A stretch of DNA of 48,446 nt, taken from positions 1-48,446 of the forward strand of contig NW_027192213.1 of the NCBI RefSeq assembly GCF_041956535.1, read 5' to 3'. Source of the stretch: Calcarisporiella thermophila CBS 279.70 (taxonomy: Eukaryota > Fungi > Calcarisporiellomycota). Both the position numbers and the translations under genes were made by a program. This document shows, piece after piece, positions 1 to 13,443 of this stretch; position 1 is the first letter of the stretch, and every line of letters begins with the position of its first letter. Under the pieces are notes generated by a model, which was not told where the DNA came from, made no database searches, and was given only the letters and a program-made list of their open reading frames with translations.

Positions 1-102
1 GTGAAATTGTTGAAAAATTATAAGGAATCGCGAACCTCCTCCATCTTTTCTACATGCTCCTATACGTTTTCTAGCAGTTTTCACCAGACGGGTTTTTTGT
101 AG

Positions 103-2207
103 GGTAGGCAATGCTGATGAAGCTGTCAGTAGTCGTCAATTGCTTACTGCTATATTAAAGTGCATGGCAAAGAATGGGTGGAATCTAATTGCATCCGCAG
201 ATACAGTATGCCGCACGAAGGTATATGAAATTAAAGTGTTTTTCTTATTGCTCTTATTGTCCTTTTATCCCATGAAGTATACCAATGATGATCAATAATA
301 TAATAATATAACATAAAGGCAATAACATTTCATAATTCTCATAAAAGTTTAAACGAGAGATAAGAGGCTGAGTTTTAACAAAGTGTATATATGACTTTTG
401 CAATTTTGTTGAAAATCCATTCGCCATCTGGAAAAATTTGGTTATTCAATAACTTTATTATTATAATCTTATGTTTTAATTTTAAATAATACTTGAGATA
501 GACATCCATCAACAGATATAAGCTCATGCTCATGGAGCCACTATCTAACAAGATATGAACGCATATTCTTTCACTCTCAATATATGCTTATTTGTACCAA
601 CAAATTGCTACTCTTATTGACCTTCATTACAATGTTTTCTCAAAATGTGTCAGTATGCAATGCTTACTTGACTATCAATCAGAAAAACTCGTTCAGACTG
701 CCCACTAATATCGAGCAAGGAGAACGAGCGCTAGAACAACCTACTTGTTTTCTAAAGATAATGTTTTAGAGAAATTAAGGCAAAAAACAGCTCTCAAAAA
801 CGTGTAAGCTATCAATACATCTTCTGATATCGTAAGGAGAAGATAGAATAGATTCTATTTACCAGCAAAGGCAAACAAAGGAAAGCCTCTCCTTGGATTG
901 GAACTTGATTGAAAGAGGGTGGGTTCTCCAAAATGTACTTCAATTAGAGTTTGCAGCAACAAATGACTACGGTGTGGTCAAATATCTGTAAATACAGTAT
1001 CTTCAGGAACACAATGATGAAATATTATTATAAAACGCGGAAGATGAACAGCTCTGGAATAATCTTACACGGTCCCTGGTGAGTAACCGTGGAGAGTCAA
1101 TGGTGTGCAAAAGATGTATCAGTGAACATAATGTTGTCCAATTATGAAAAAAGGATAGGAAAATGGGTGCATTGCTTAGCTACACTGTTCTTCACGATAA
1201 CTTCTTATTCACTTTTTAATGCTATGGCATGGGCAAGTAGAGGAATATATTCTAACCAGACGATGAAAATGAGCAAACGGCCAAAAATTCAAAATTTTGC
1301 TGAAGGATATTTAAGCTACAAGCATGATAGTGGCCTTTCCTGCCTTAGGAACAATTTTCCATTGAAAACTTGTGGAGTACGGTATAACTCTATCTCGATA
1401 ATGAGTCTTGAAGGCTTGAGAACAAGGACAAACTTTGGGTCTAAACTAAATCGTCTTAACAAGAGGTTAGGCAAGTATTCGTTGAAAAACCTCTCGGAAG
1501 TATGCAGTCGCAAGTCTTTTCTATATACATCATCAGAGAAGCCTCTACTAAATAATAGGTATTAGCTTAAAAGGATCGATTTTTTGGAAAAATTGCAAAA
1601 GTCAAATATACATATTTGGCAATTTCAATCCCCCTGTATTTCGGATATTTTTTATGTAAACCTTCTCAATATATACATGGATGGAAAGGCTAGACCTTCT
1701 ATCTTATATCAATGAAGTATCAAGTATTAGTTTAGATAAATAAAATAGATATTAATGTGTTAAGAAAAACACCTCAATTTCATATTCGTGCAGCATATTG
1801 TATACTGTAAGAAATTGCATGACAAGGATACACTATTTTTCGAATATGTGGCAACTATAGTAGAACCCAAGATTTTTGCAATTTCGTTCAATATGAATGA
1901 CAGATTAAGGATCATCGAAGCTGACCAAAAAGTACAGGCGGTTGTGCAGAATACCATTCATACTGCGTGGAAAAAAGGGGTACAAAATAAGCGCGAGTAC
2001 TATAGCGCTTTAGAGTTTATACTTGCAGAGTGGCCATGGTTTGCGGATGGCAAAGAAACTGTGGTGATTATAATGCTAGTTCAAATTCTGAACGCATTGC
2101 GGATAATCGGTTATAAACTCTACTCATCAATTGATATCAGTGCGGGAACCGATGGAAAGGATCTTGAGAGCTGGGCTTTTCGTAATATCTATACTGCATA
2201 CCAGTGA
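103..2207 (+). CDS. 3' part of an uncharacterised repeat-domain protein (gene starts left of the window), interrupted by a TIR element
   Basis: Exon after TTTTTTGTAG at 103 reads VGNADEAVSSRQLLTAILKCMAKNGWNLIASAD. This parallels the second half of ORF 1788-2207 (WFADGKETV..LVQILNALRIIGYKLYSSID..DLESWAF), so the domain is internally repeated. Coding resumes at ~1812 (KLHDKDTLFFE) and ends at TGA 2207. Confidence 0.65.
204..1800. mobile_element. Non-autonomous or degenerate Tc1/mariner-like DNA transposon (~1.6 kb, TA TSD)
   Basis: Left end CAGTATGCCGCACGAAggtaTATGAAATTAAAGTGTTTTTCTTA (204-247). Reverse complement of the right end 1761-1800 is CAATATGCTGCACGAATATGAAATTGAGGTGTTTTTCTTA. TA lies at 202-203 and 1801-1802. 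No transposase was recognised inside. Confidence 0.75.
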
Positions 2208-2696
2208 AGTGCTAGACACGTCCTATGCTTCTCTCTGATGTTGTTAAACGTGTCTTTATTTACTTTAGTTTATTTAAGTATAGTGGCTTCCCTTTTACTT
2301 ATGCTTTTTTAATGCTATATTATCGGATACTGTATTGCACATATGCTAGATATTATCTAGAGTATTTGTATATAAACCTGTGTTATGTTAACAAATATAT
2401 GAAAGTTGAGGAGCCATTGGCAGGAAATTATCGGCTCTTTGGAGCCGTGGGTATTCTATATCTTGGAAAAAGTTAACCATCCTTTATTACAGAGTAGTAT
2501 TTGAATTGTGATTAGAAGCGAGTGTACTCATTGCATTTCCGGGAATATTGTATAGTAAAATTGGGATCCAGACAACGATATTTTTTGAAAGCACGAAGCT
2601 ACTTTTTGCTTTCCTATTATACGTTATTGAGACTAATAAAATATTATAGATATAATAGGCTATAAACCGTCATATATCCGAAGATTAATAGGTACT

Positions 2697-5600
2697 TTAG
2701 TTGTTGAGTTCCTGTTGATGCGCAAGTTTGTAGTAAATTCCGGTCTTGGCTATCAACTCAGAATGATGTCTATCATGAACATAAACTATAAACCAATTCT
2801 AATCATTCATATGATATTGAGTGTAGACTCACCCCATTTCAACAATTGCACCATCTTTCATTACAACTAATGACCATGGATTAATAGTGTTTTTTAGTAT
2901 TAGCAATATATGCTAAAAATACTTACTGATATTATCTGAATCTTGAACAGTAGACAGTCGATGTGTAATGACAATGGTAGTTCGCCCAATCATAGCTTTA
3001 TCTAATGCGTCTTGCACTAACTTTTCTGATTCAGTATCCAAAGCACTTGTCGCTTCATCAAGCAATAGTATATCGGGATTTCTTAGCAATGCCCTTGCTA
3101 TAGCAATTCTTTGTTTTTGACCACCTGAGAGCTGGGACCCCTTTTCGCCAACTCGAGTATGATAGCCGTTTGGAAGGCTAGATATGAATTGGTGTATATT
3201 GGCCACCTTTGCTGCCTTTTCAATCTCCTCTTGAGTCACTTCACGATCTTTCCTGCTACCAAAGAGTATATTCTCCCGCACAGTTAAATTGAACAGGACT
3301 GGCTCCTGTCCAACTAAACCGATTTTTTGGCGCATTGCCTCCAGCTGCCACTCTCTCACGTCCACCCCCTCAACTAGCACTTTTCCTACATCGCAATCAT
3401 ACCATCGAAGTAAGAGAGAAATTATTGTTGATTTTCCGCATCCACTCGGCCCGACCAGTGCAATCTTTTTATTCCGGTGAATATCCATACAAATATTATG
3501 GAACACCTTCGCATCTGGCCTCATCGGATAAGTAAAGTTTACATGACGTAGCTCGGCGGTGCCTGGTGATATTCCTCTATATTTTCCATCTCGTTCTGGG
3601 TCCATAGCGGTTGCCTTGTCTGATAGCTCGAATAAAATAAGGGCAGCCTGCATTGCTTTAATGAATCTGGGCATATGTGCAGAGAATCGAGACATTCCTA
3701 ACGAGCACATCACCACTGTGAACATAACAACCGAGACTTGATCTGAGGCCATTTCACCAGAACGTATGAATCGAGCCCCGATAAAAAATCCAATTGCATA
3801 AATGAAGTAGTGAAAACCTTGAGAGAGCCCAAATCCGATGGAAGCAATATAAGCCTTATTTAGTGCTGCTCGATGAGTTTGAAGGCAGCTCTCTAGATTA
3901 TATGAGTTCAGTCATAGACCCGACACTATATACTCTATCATTTTATTCACCCTTATACTTATTTTCGAACACATCTTCAATTCCTAATGAAGCAACGGTT
4001 CTTATTTCGTGGATCGCTTCTCCAACTATTTTCCCTGCCTGCCGATATCCCTTATTCACTCTTCCCGAAAATCTACATTTAAAATTCTATTAAGCAAAAT
4101 TATTGTGTTTTTTCAGTCTAGTGCTTATACCCCTCTAGTGCTTTGACCTGAAATATTAGTGCAAAAACGTAAAGAGGCATTGCTGGCAGCAGTATTAATG
4201 ACATCTTCCATCCATAACTAAACATAATGATAAATCCTATGATGGCTGCTGACATCATTCTTCCGCCATCAATCAAGAGGATGTTAGGTAGGTCTTGTAG
4301 GACGGCTGCATTTTTAGCCAAGCAGGAGGTAAGGGCTCCAGTAGCGTGACTTGGATGATCGAAGAAAGCTATTTCTTGACGAAGAATGTTGCTGAACACC
4401 TCTGAACGAACTCTTCGCACTAATCGTTCACCACAGAAATGGGCAACCCCCTCTTCAAAAAATGTCGCAAGAAATCCAATAAAAGCCATAGCAACTAATA
4501 TATGCAGCAGTTAATCTATCTTTAGTGGCGAAGGATAAATTATCACGCGGTCTTACAATACATGAGAACCCAGAACTTGGTTGACTCCTCGACAATATAG
4601 GGTGACTGACTGAGAGCATTAAATGCATGTCCGAATAACAATCCATCAATAGGAAAAGCCTGAATATCAAGATGTGAATTAAGCAAGGCCAATTCTTCAA
4701 TTGTGCGTAGTTTCATATGACACTTAAAAGTCTTACCGCCCCTTTAATAATTGCTCCAAATAAAGACATAATAACATAGGTCCATTCTGGTGACATCATC
4801 CAGAGCACTCTAGTTATTGGTTTCTCTTTTGCACTAACTTTTACAACATTCAAATTCATGTCTTGATCCACCATGGTTGACTGATTTTCATTAATTTGAT
4901 TACTATCTGAATGCCTTTCACCATGATATTCAGGCGCAAAATCACGAACTAACTCGGCCTTCCTATCCTTATTGGCTATGAGTTGTTGTTTCCGTACAAA
5001 TGAGTTGTAGACACCATCTCTCGCTATCAGCTCAATATGTGTACCCTGTTCAATGATTTTTCCATTGTCCATAACGACAATCAAATCTGCGTCGCGAATA
5101 GTGGAAAGCCGATGTGCAATGATTATAGTGCTCCGATGTTTGGATTCAGTTTTCAAAGCTTCTTGCACGATCTTTTCTGATTGCGTATCAAGCGCGGATG
5201 TCGCCTCATCTAACAATAGAATGGTTGGATTGCGAATAAGAGCTCTTGCGATAGCAATTCGCTGTTTTTGACCCCCAGAAAGTTGGGATCCTATCTCCCC
5301 GACTCTCGTATCGTATCCATGTGGCAAACTGGCTATCCATTCGTGGCAATCGGCCTTAATACACACCTCCTCGATCTCACTTTGTGTTGGGTCCCGATGA
5401 AGTGCTCCGAGGGCAATATTATTGCGGATAGTATCGTCAAAAAGCACAGGCTCCTGCCCAACCACACCAATTTGATTTCGCAACCATTTCACATCGAGAT
5501 CACGCAAATCTACTCCGTCGAAAAGGATTCTGCCCATAGATGGATCATAAAAACGCTGCACGAGCTGTATTAGGGTTGATTTTCCACTCCCCGAAGCACC

Positions 5601-7047
5601 TACAAGAGCGACTGTTTTGCCACTTGGTATTTGGAGATTGACTCCATTTAATACATATACATTGGGACGAGAAGGGTAGCTAAATCGAACATCACAAAAC
5701 GTAATCACGCCTCGGAAAGAGCTATGATTCATGTCTTTATCCTGTGATTTGGAAGAGGAACCCATCACCGGGACACGATCAATAGTGGCAAAAATCTTCT
5801 CTGCAGCTACTTGGGCCTCCACCAGCGCCTTGTATTCCGGACCAATTTCTCTGTCAATGTAACGGTTCCTATTTAGTCCACAAAGTTTTTGATATGGCAT
5901 AAACTATAAAATCTACGCTCTTACCCGATAGACGCTGCACCAATAATGAATGAAAAAAATGCCTGAACTACGGCAGCACCGCTCATGGATTCTTGTGATA
6001 TCAAGCGCGCACCATACCAAAGACCAAGGCTATCGGTGCTATATCCTATGAATAGTGTTGCGCCTATACAAATTCCTAGTGGTGAAAGGGATTAGTGGGA
6101 TGTGTTATCTACCTGGCTCTTCCATTGTCTACTACCTATTTTGATGGCCTTCTGTACCCCTGCCTGATATGCAATCTTGAGATGCTGGTTGTAGAGATTG
6201 ACAAATCGTGATTGCAGAGAGAATGAGGCGACTGTGTGTATTCCGGAGATAGCTTGCTCAACAAAAGAATCTGCCTTCGAATATGCATCTTGTGCTTTTA
6301 CAGTTTGCGATTTAATTACGCTTGAAAAAATATAGCCAGACAGTCCAAGCAGTGGCAATACTGCAATCAGTATAAGTGAGAGGCGCCACCCGAAAATAAA
6401 TGCCATGACAAAGCCGGAGGTCATTTGCGTGATATTCTTGATGATAAGGCCCACTTTATCCGAGATTCCTTCTTGGATGAAATACGTGTCAGAGGATAGG
6501 CGTGAGTTAAGCGATTCTAATTCGGCAAGATCAAACCAACTCTGGTCTTGTCTAAGGACGGCATGAAAATAGAGCTCACGGATCCGCTGCTCTGATTATT
6601 AGCATTGCGAAATAGCCATTAGCAAAATCACGTAGATCTGGTTACCTTGGTCTGATTCTCGCCTGCCAACATCCAACAACACATTGAGCCGTAGGAAGAA
6701 ATCGAGAGCACCACACCGAATCCAACTAGCATTGTCACGGCCTCGACGATATTTTGATGGTTTTTCTCGGGATCTTTGGCCGAGTCGAAGCCGGCGACCA
6801 CCTTTCCGTACGGGATAGAAATCAGTGGCCGTAATATGCCCGCTGTGATACTGAATATTGTTCCGAGACTTAAGAGTAACATTAGTTAGTAAAAGGCAAA
6901 TGATAATTCTGTACAAGAGGACGATGCTCACAATATTAGAAGAAAATCGACTTTGGATGCATATCGATAAAGTTGAAAATAGGAAATCTTAGGGTTCTTA
7001 TCTTTGACTTGTTTTCGCCAGTTTACGAGGCCATTTAATCTCTCCAT
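2697..7047 (-). CDS. Full-length ABCB (MDR1/P-glycoprotein-like) ABC transporter, multi-exon; start codon uncertain (may lie upstream near 7390)
   Basis: TMD-NBD-TMD-NBD layout. NBD1: GASGSGKS, LSGGQKQR, LLLDEATSALD. NBD2: GPSGCGKS, LSGGQKQR, LLLDEATSALD. N-terminal ISYFQLYRYAS. Last exon ...GIYYKLAHQQELNN* ends at 2697. Confidence 0.93.
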
Positions 7048-9636
7048 TGATTTCGATCGCGAGTCCACCTCTGCTATAACGTTGCTACCTAATGAAATGT
7101 TTTAGCTTTTTGTTTATATCTCCACTTCCTTCACCTGACAATGTCCAAGTAATGAAAAATCAAAAACCCGACAATATACAAAATAAACTACTGGAACCGT
7201 TAAGAGGTTGCGCTCATTTTCTCCAATTCCTTGCTCTTTATATCCCCAAACCCCGAGGAAATATCTCTCTACAAGCTTTTGGCAAGGTTCACGCATCGTC
7301 TGAACCTTATTCAACATTCGAACTTGGTAAACTAAACAAGGAGCGAGGAAAAAAGTTAAGAATCTCACCTTTGTCTTTGCGAGGCTTCATGATCCAAGTG
7401 GACGCTCAATAGAAATGTTTGGAGTTTTCAGAACAAAACCAAAGATAGAGCCGATTTACAGAATGAAACATGCACTTTTCGTGTAGTTAATTAGCGAGGC
7501 AGCTCGTCGGCTTGAAAACTTCAATGTAAAACGCGTGCACACTGTAGGATTTCGTCCGGAATATTCCAATCAGATGAGCCTGCTCACGTGCATTTTTCGG
7601 CTCAAACGTTCGACTCTCACTTCAAGAAGCATGCGTTAGTCCAACATTGGGTTCAATCTCCACAGAAGCGCTTATTGGAAGGCTCAATCAGCAGTTGCCA
7701 GAGAGGAATTGGGTGGCTTGGGTCATGTTGCCACTCGCGGTTATTCCCAAGCCAAACCAGTCGTGGTCTCTAGCTCCTGAATTCACACTCTCCGGACATT
7801 CATGTCTAACGAGACTCTGCTTTTTGCTTGGGCTAGCAAACCTTAATATGCAACGCATCCAGGGGTGCGGTGCGCCTTCTCCAAGTGCTATAGAAAAGCC
7901 ATCGCCTCCAGGCCCTTATGCAAATGAGGCAACATGCCAGCAGCTCATCCTTTACATCAATGGCAAACGTCTTGCCAACTCCCTCGATATCATCAAGCAT
8001 AGATCTAGGATGAACATTGAAGCATGCTTCTCTCAATGCACTCATTGGACATTCCAGATTTAGCAATACCATCTCGCTGCATCGGTGTTTCTTGTGGTCT
8101 TCTCTACGCTATTGAGTAAATACGCCCACGGCATTCTCACTTCTGTGGTCTAAAAACAGTGCGAATTTCAGGAGCATATCTTTTATTATAAAATTTCTTG
8201 CTTAATCCCTGGATTGACGAAGGGTATGGAGAGTTATTATGTAAAGAGATTTATAGTTACACTTTATGTCTGCTAATATGCATGCAATTGCTCGCAAGCC
8301 GAGAGAATTCCTCTCTTTTTCTCGACATTTATCAGGCAATTTGTACATTGCTCCATCATTCAAACTCATGAAAGCAAAAATGAACTGGATGAAATCATTG
8401 AGGCCAATTCATTGTAGAATGGTCTGTAGTTCTTCTCAATTCTGTACTGAATCTAGGACAATTTTCTGTTAATTGTATCATTCACGCCCGAGAACTGATA
8501 AACAAGTTTCCTGATTATAAGTAAATGAAAAAAATGCCGAAGAGCTCAATCATCATCACTACCACTTTACATTACAAATTCCAATGCAAGAAGAGTTGAG
8601 AGAGATATTTGCAAATATGTATGCAAGGATTTGTTAAGGCACTTGTTACTCACATGAGTCGTTTCACCTATTGTGATAAAGAAGAGTCCTCTACCATATG
8701 TTTGTATTGAATTCCGAAATTCGAACGCATTCAATTCTCGCTCAACACCATCTCTTACCGCGGATGAGAGCTCTCTTTTCTAACGTGTCATAAAAATCTT
8801 GGTTAATATTTAATACAGTCAAAATTAATCCGAGGAAACTTTTTTGTATTATCCATGGTTGAAACCCCGAAGCCTACTCGCAGTGAGCAAAATATTTCAA
8901 GCAAAGCCACCAATGGACTGACTCGGCTATCAGGTCAGCCAAGCCCAATAAATAATTTCTTAAAATATCTCTATAATATCCAGATGGAAAATAAACCTGT
9001 AAAGCTAAATATTTCAATTGCATACTGTATACAATTTCACCTATTTTATATAGGCTCTGCGCTTGTTCATAAGTTTTTATTGGCTTATCCAACTTGAGCT
9101 GATATATCTCATGCAATTGTATTGCTGAAGCACGCGATACAGGATAATACTTGAAAGTACTTAGCAGTCAAACCATGGATCAAATATAAATTTGCACAAT
9201 GTCCGTATAGTTTCCATGGGCCAGACATATGGAACCTGGTGATATCCACAGAATACCCAAGAACTCAGTTTCACTGCATCGACATATGTGATGTACACAC
9301 ACTGCGCATCTGTCCAGAAAACTGCCGATTCCAAATGACAAACATTCTCAAAAGTAGCAATTTGAAAACACGCACTTTTAATTAGGTTCATATTCATCCG
9401 ATGAATAAGTTTATGGGCGTTCCAGAGAGACTGGGGTGGTGTAACTACGGAGATATTACGAGGCTTGAGCCTTTATAAAATCATTAATTATTATGGAACT
9501 ATTGTGCTGTAACTCCAGTAAATAGCATTTTATTAAAATAATGTTAATCGTTATAATAAATTATAAGTAGAGAGAGTAGATTAGTAATTATTAATGTTCA
9601 TTGAAATGTAAAATAAGAGAATGAAAGTGAATGCGT

Positions 9637-10462
9637 TTAATTAGACTCTGTGGAGTTAAAATCTTGACTAAATCGCTTTTTAAGAGGAGACCATCTCAGA
9701 GCTTGAATCTCAGCTGCCTTCGTAAGGAAATCGACAGTCGTCAATGTCCTTAGCGGCCTCTTATAACCATCCGGTAATCTCTCTTCGCCCAGCCAAGTTC
9801 TGACGCTTTGTATAGGAACGCTAAACCCATTCCCAAATACCATCGGAATTGAAGCTGCTTCGAAAAGGGCAACCAAGGTTTGGAATGGAGAGATAGAATA
9901 GTTGGGGTTCCTCTGCATACTGTCACGTTCTCTATACCTTCTGATTCTAGCAATATCCAACAAAGTAAGGGTTCTTCCATCTCTGCTGAACGATAGCATA
10001 TGGTTTAACATAGTTTGATTTGCATGAACATGATCCCCCAAGAAAGCATCCTGCCTGACAAGCGACGCATCATGTTCAAGCAAATTGTGTGCGTTAAAGT
10101 CTTCAAGGTTGAAATAGACCCGCCCATTTGCAAGACTATAGAGGCCAGGGAAAATGGTTGCGATGGCATCGAAGTCGGTGCTGAAGCCATACACAGTTCT
10201 GAGGGCCTGCAAAATCTGTAGCATTGTAACTCTCCTTCCATCACGGGGTCTATTAAAAAAGATAACATTAATAGTGGGATCCAGCATGGACCAATTGCGT
10301 TTATACTGACAGAATGCCGTGATTGGCGAGAGTATTGAAAGCCGGACATGGGCAACGACTGTCTCCCGGACGAGGGGGCATCCATTGAGCATTCACATGT
10401 TGTAACTGTAGCAGCGAAGCTACACCAAGTAAGAAGAGTGCCAAATATCCTTTTATGAACAT
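9637..10462 (-). CDS. Secreted heme-thiolate peroxidase (short-type unspecific peroxygenase / chloroperoxidase family)
   Basis: Signal peptide MFIKGYLALFLLGVASLL; RCPCPAFNTLANHG (PCP heme ligand); LEHDASL motif. A GT-AG intron at 10250-10310 joins GIL|PRDG. Confidence 0.92.
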
Positions 10463-11995
10463 GAGAAAAGTTGACCAAGTTGAAGAGGTTGGTGTAAGTG
10501 AAATGGAAAAGATAGCAGATCGGAGAGATTTTATACTCATATTTACAGTTCACCAAGGTCCTGAAAACTAACACAAGAGGGCTCGCGTTTTCGGCTGAAT
10601 TTAACTAATATGATGCTCTTTTTCCAATTGTTTTAGATCTAATGTTTAGGCCTCAAATTAAAAGGTTAAATCCAAGCGAGACCATCTAACACAGTGAACT
10701 GAATAGCGGTAACCAATGTGGGAGTCGGTTTGCTATTTTGTTAAGGAAGTCGTGACTATGCAACCGACTCGGAATTGTGGCAAATCTGTTTGGCTATTTC
10801 AGTCGATCGAATGTTGTTTCGGACCATATCAAGGGATTTTCTTTTTGAAAGGGTTGTTTTTCTATATAAAGAAATACATCCAATTGGTATTTTTATATCA
10901 GGTGTATGTCCCTATTAGATTTCAATGTTTAATTGTATTCTGTCTCGCTGAAGCTTATAATCATGGCATGATATTGCATTTCAGCTAAATGCCTTTCAAT
11001 TAATTGGAAATGTTATTTGGTATTATTGCAATAAAATCGATTAGTATATATTAGAAGAAACTAAAGATAATAGTATCTTCAAAATAGATTAGTCAACCTG
11101 AAAATACGGCGATTTAATTTCGAATCAAATACTTAATTAAATCTTCGCCGATACCCGGGATAGTTTAACCTCAACAGAGTATATAATTGGGTGCGTTGAA
11201 ATACAAAAAGAAATATTCAGGCTTATAATCATTCATGAAACATCATTGTCATAGTATTAAACGAATACAGGACAAGGCTAAGTTAAAACTCTTCTATTAT
11301 CGGTACCAAGTGTTGAATACAATAGGCAAATTTGATACTCTACTCTACTTTCCTCTCCTCTGCTTTCTTTCGGGATGGTTAATATTATCGTCAATTCGGT
11401 ATTATGAAAACTACCCTACACAACATTTATTATGAGTTCCTAAATTATGCTGCACATAAAATTATGAAAACGAATACATAACTTGATCTCTTTTGACCCT
11501 CCTTTAACTTGATATTAATAAAAATTTTTGTGAAAATGGACAAAATATTAGAATTCATTATATATCATGCTAGAGCACTAAAATTTTACAATTAGTGGAT
11601 AAAAATATAATAAATGCACAGTTTTAATTGAATTCAATCACACTAATATTTCAAAAACTCTATTAGTTCTTTCCAAAATATAAAATGGACTAAAGAATCA
11701 TCACGACATTGAGCAGTAGTTTTAAGTTGTAAAATAAGATTCCTAAAGTCTCATTTATGCATAGGTCTTACTACAAACTTATGCTGAATATACAATTGGA
11801 ATTCCAAGCAATTCTTTATTAAAATTAAATAAACCATCAACAGTATTGGTCTAATAGGGACAATTAGAGTCAATAATAAATTGTATGAAAAACATAATAA
11901 TAGCATTTTTTCAATACATTTGAAGATTAATAAATTAAATTAATATTTCATGCCTTTATTTATAAACATCTCTCTCATTAGAACTAGCTAACTTC

Positions 11996-12280
11996 TTAAG
12001 CATTACGAGCAGGAGTAGGGATAGGTGAAGAAGCAACAGAAGCGGGCGTATATCTATATCGATATTGCGGGAACAACGGGTTAAATTGAAATCCCTGCGT
12101 TCCTCCAAGGATCCAAGGGAAGACGAGATCGATTAAATTTAATGGAATTGAAGGGAGGAAGCCAATCGGGTCAAGATTTTCTCGCTTTCTATGTTCTGGA
12201 ATAGTTGGGGCGGCCAGTGCTGCCGTTAACATAAGAATGATTGCTGAGAGCAAAGTAATGATTGTCAAGGAGTTCTTCAT
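11996..12280 (-). CDS. Small secreted protein (94 aa)
   Basis: MKNSLTIITLLSAIILMLTAALA|APT is a typical signal peptide, followed by a dibasic RKR site and a Pro-rich mature part. Confidence 0.7.
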   Translation of the reverse strand: MKNSLTIITLLSAIILMLTAALAAPTIPEHRKRENLDPIGFLPSIPLNLIDLVFPWILGGTQGFQFNPLFPQYRYRYTPASVASSPIPTPARNA

Positions 12281-12901
12281 TGTCACTTTCGAAATATGGA
12301 GGAATGCAAAGGTTTACAGAAATAATAGGAAAATCTAAGTCTGATTGACAAGTTATGAAGGACATTAAGTTTGAAGAGTTTGCTTCTTTTATACATTGGA
12401 AACTCAAAAAACATTTACCTGGATTTCTCAATTTGTTTAAAAAACCCGTGTCGATCTCTAATGTTTCAGACTTTTGTATTAATCTACTATGGGTCTAGTT
12501 CCATGTCTGGAGAGTTGTTTCCCTTGCCGAATTTCGTCCAAATCACCTATAAACCTATAATTTCAATGTCTCGGTAACTCTTTGCCATACTTTAATTTAA
12601 AAATCCAAACGAAGAATATTGATCCGTGCATAGGAGAGTTCTATGAATACTGTTTTTCCAATTTAACTGCATGAACCTAATGTTTGAGAAGTCGAAGAAT
12701 TTTGCGCCCCCCGATTTTTCCTTCATCTACTAACTCTACTATGGTCTATATCGTTAATCTAAATTGAAATCATAGCCTTTGTACATTACTCAAGATAATT
12801 GCCTAGACTTTTTAATGATAATTACCATTCCGATAGAAACCCGCGGTTTGTTATCAAATCAATTTTCTCGACTTGTTGCAAATATGTAGCAATGCGTCGC
12901 C

Positions 12902-12954
12902 TATTGTACTTTCATCATGACTAGCATTATGCTAGTCATGATGAAAGTACAATA
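12902..12954. repeat. Perfect 53-bp palindrome (26-bp arms, 1-nt spacer)
   Basis: TATTGTACTTTCATCATGACTAGCAT-T-ATGCTAGTCATGATGAAAGTACAATA. Confidence 0.97.
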
Positions 12955-12979
12955 TATTATTAATATAGACTATACAATC

Positions 12980-13121
12980 TATGTCTAATAAGGTCTATCC
13001 CGACAATCCTCTAGCTATCCCTAAGCTCTTGATTGCCCTTTCTTAAACACTTCAGAAGACTAATAAACGACACAAAGTGGATTGTAAACTAATCCGGTTC
13101 TATCTCAATACAAAATAGCAC
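12980..13121 (+). repeat. ~140-bp dispersed repeat, copy 1 (uninterrupted; possible solo-LTR-like element)
   Basis: Direct repeat of 14073-14538 once the SINE there is removed. Runs TGTCTAATAAGG...CAAAATAGCA with an internal AATAAA. No clear TSD. Confidence 0.8.
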
Positions 13122-13139
13122 GCAACTAGTTCCTAATTA

Positions 13140-13443
13140 TTTTTTTTTTTTGATCAATCAATGGAAACTTTTATTAGGTTAATAGTTCCCAATATTACAA
13201 GAAGCAGACGTGAAAGAGCTTGACGCGAAGTAAGTTATCCACGTCATGTTGACGAGCATCGCTCATTGCGTCAGTAATAGTCGTTATTGTTGTGTTTATC
13301 GTGAAAGTCGTGTTTGTCGTGTTAGAGCCAAAGGGCAAGTGGACAGCAATCTCAAGAAGCGAGTGCTGGTGGGGATTGCGGGGTTCGAACCCGCGCCATT
13401 TCGATTATGGCACCTGAAGTGGACCACTACACCACCTCTCCCC
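13140..13443 (-). mobile_element. tRNA-derived SINE, subfamily A, copy 1 (full length)
   Basis: tRNA-like head with A box TGGTGTAGTGG, B box GGTTCGAACC and a ...CCCCACCA end. 292-nt head+body, A12 tail (T run 13140-13151). TSD TAGTTCCTAATTA at 13127-13139 and 13444-13456. Confidence 0.93.

Noticed and set aside
584-1565. ORFs inside the TIR element as a transposase
   Set aside because: No DDE/D or HTH motif recognisable by eye; a translated HMM search would be needed.
7560-8130. Moderately GC-richer stretch with several short ORFs
   Set aside because: May be a decayed gene or TE, but no motif could be identified with confidence.
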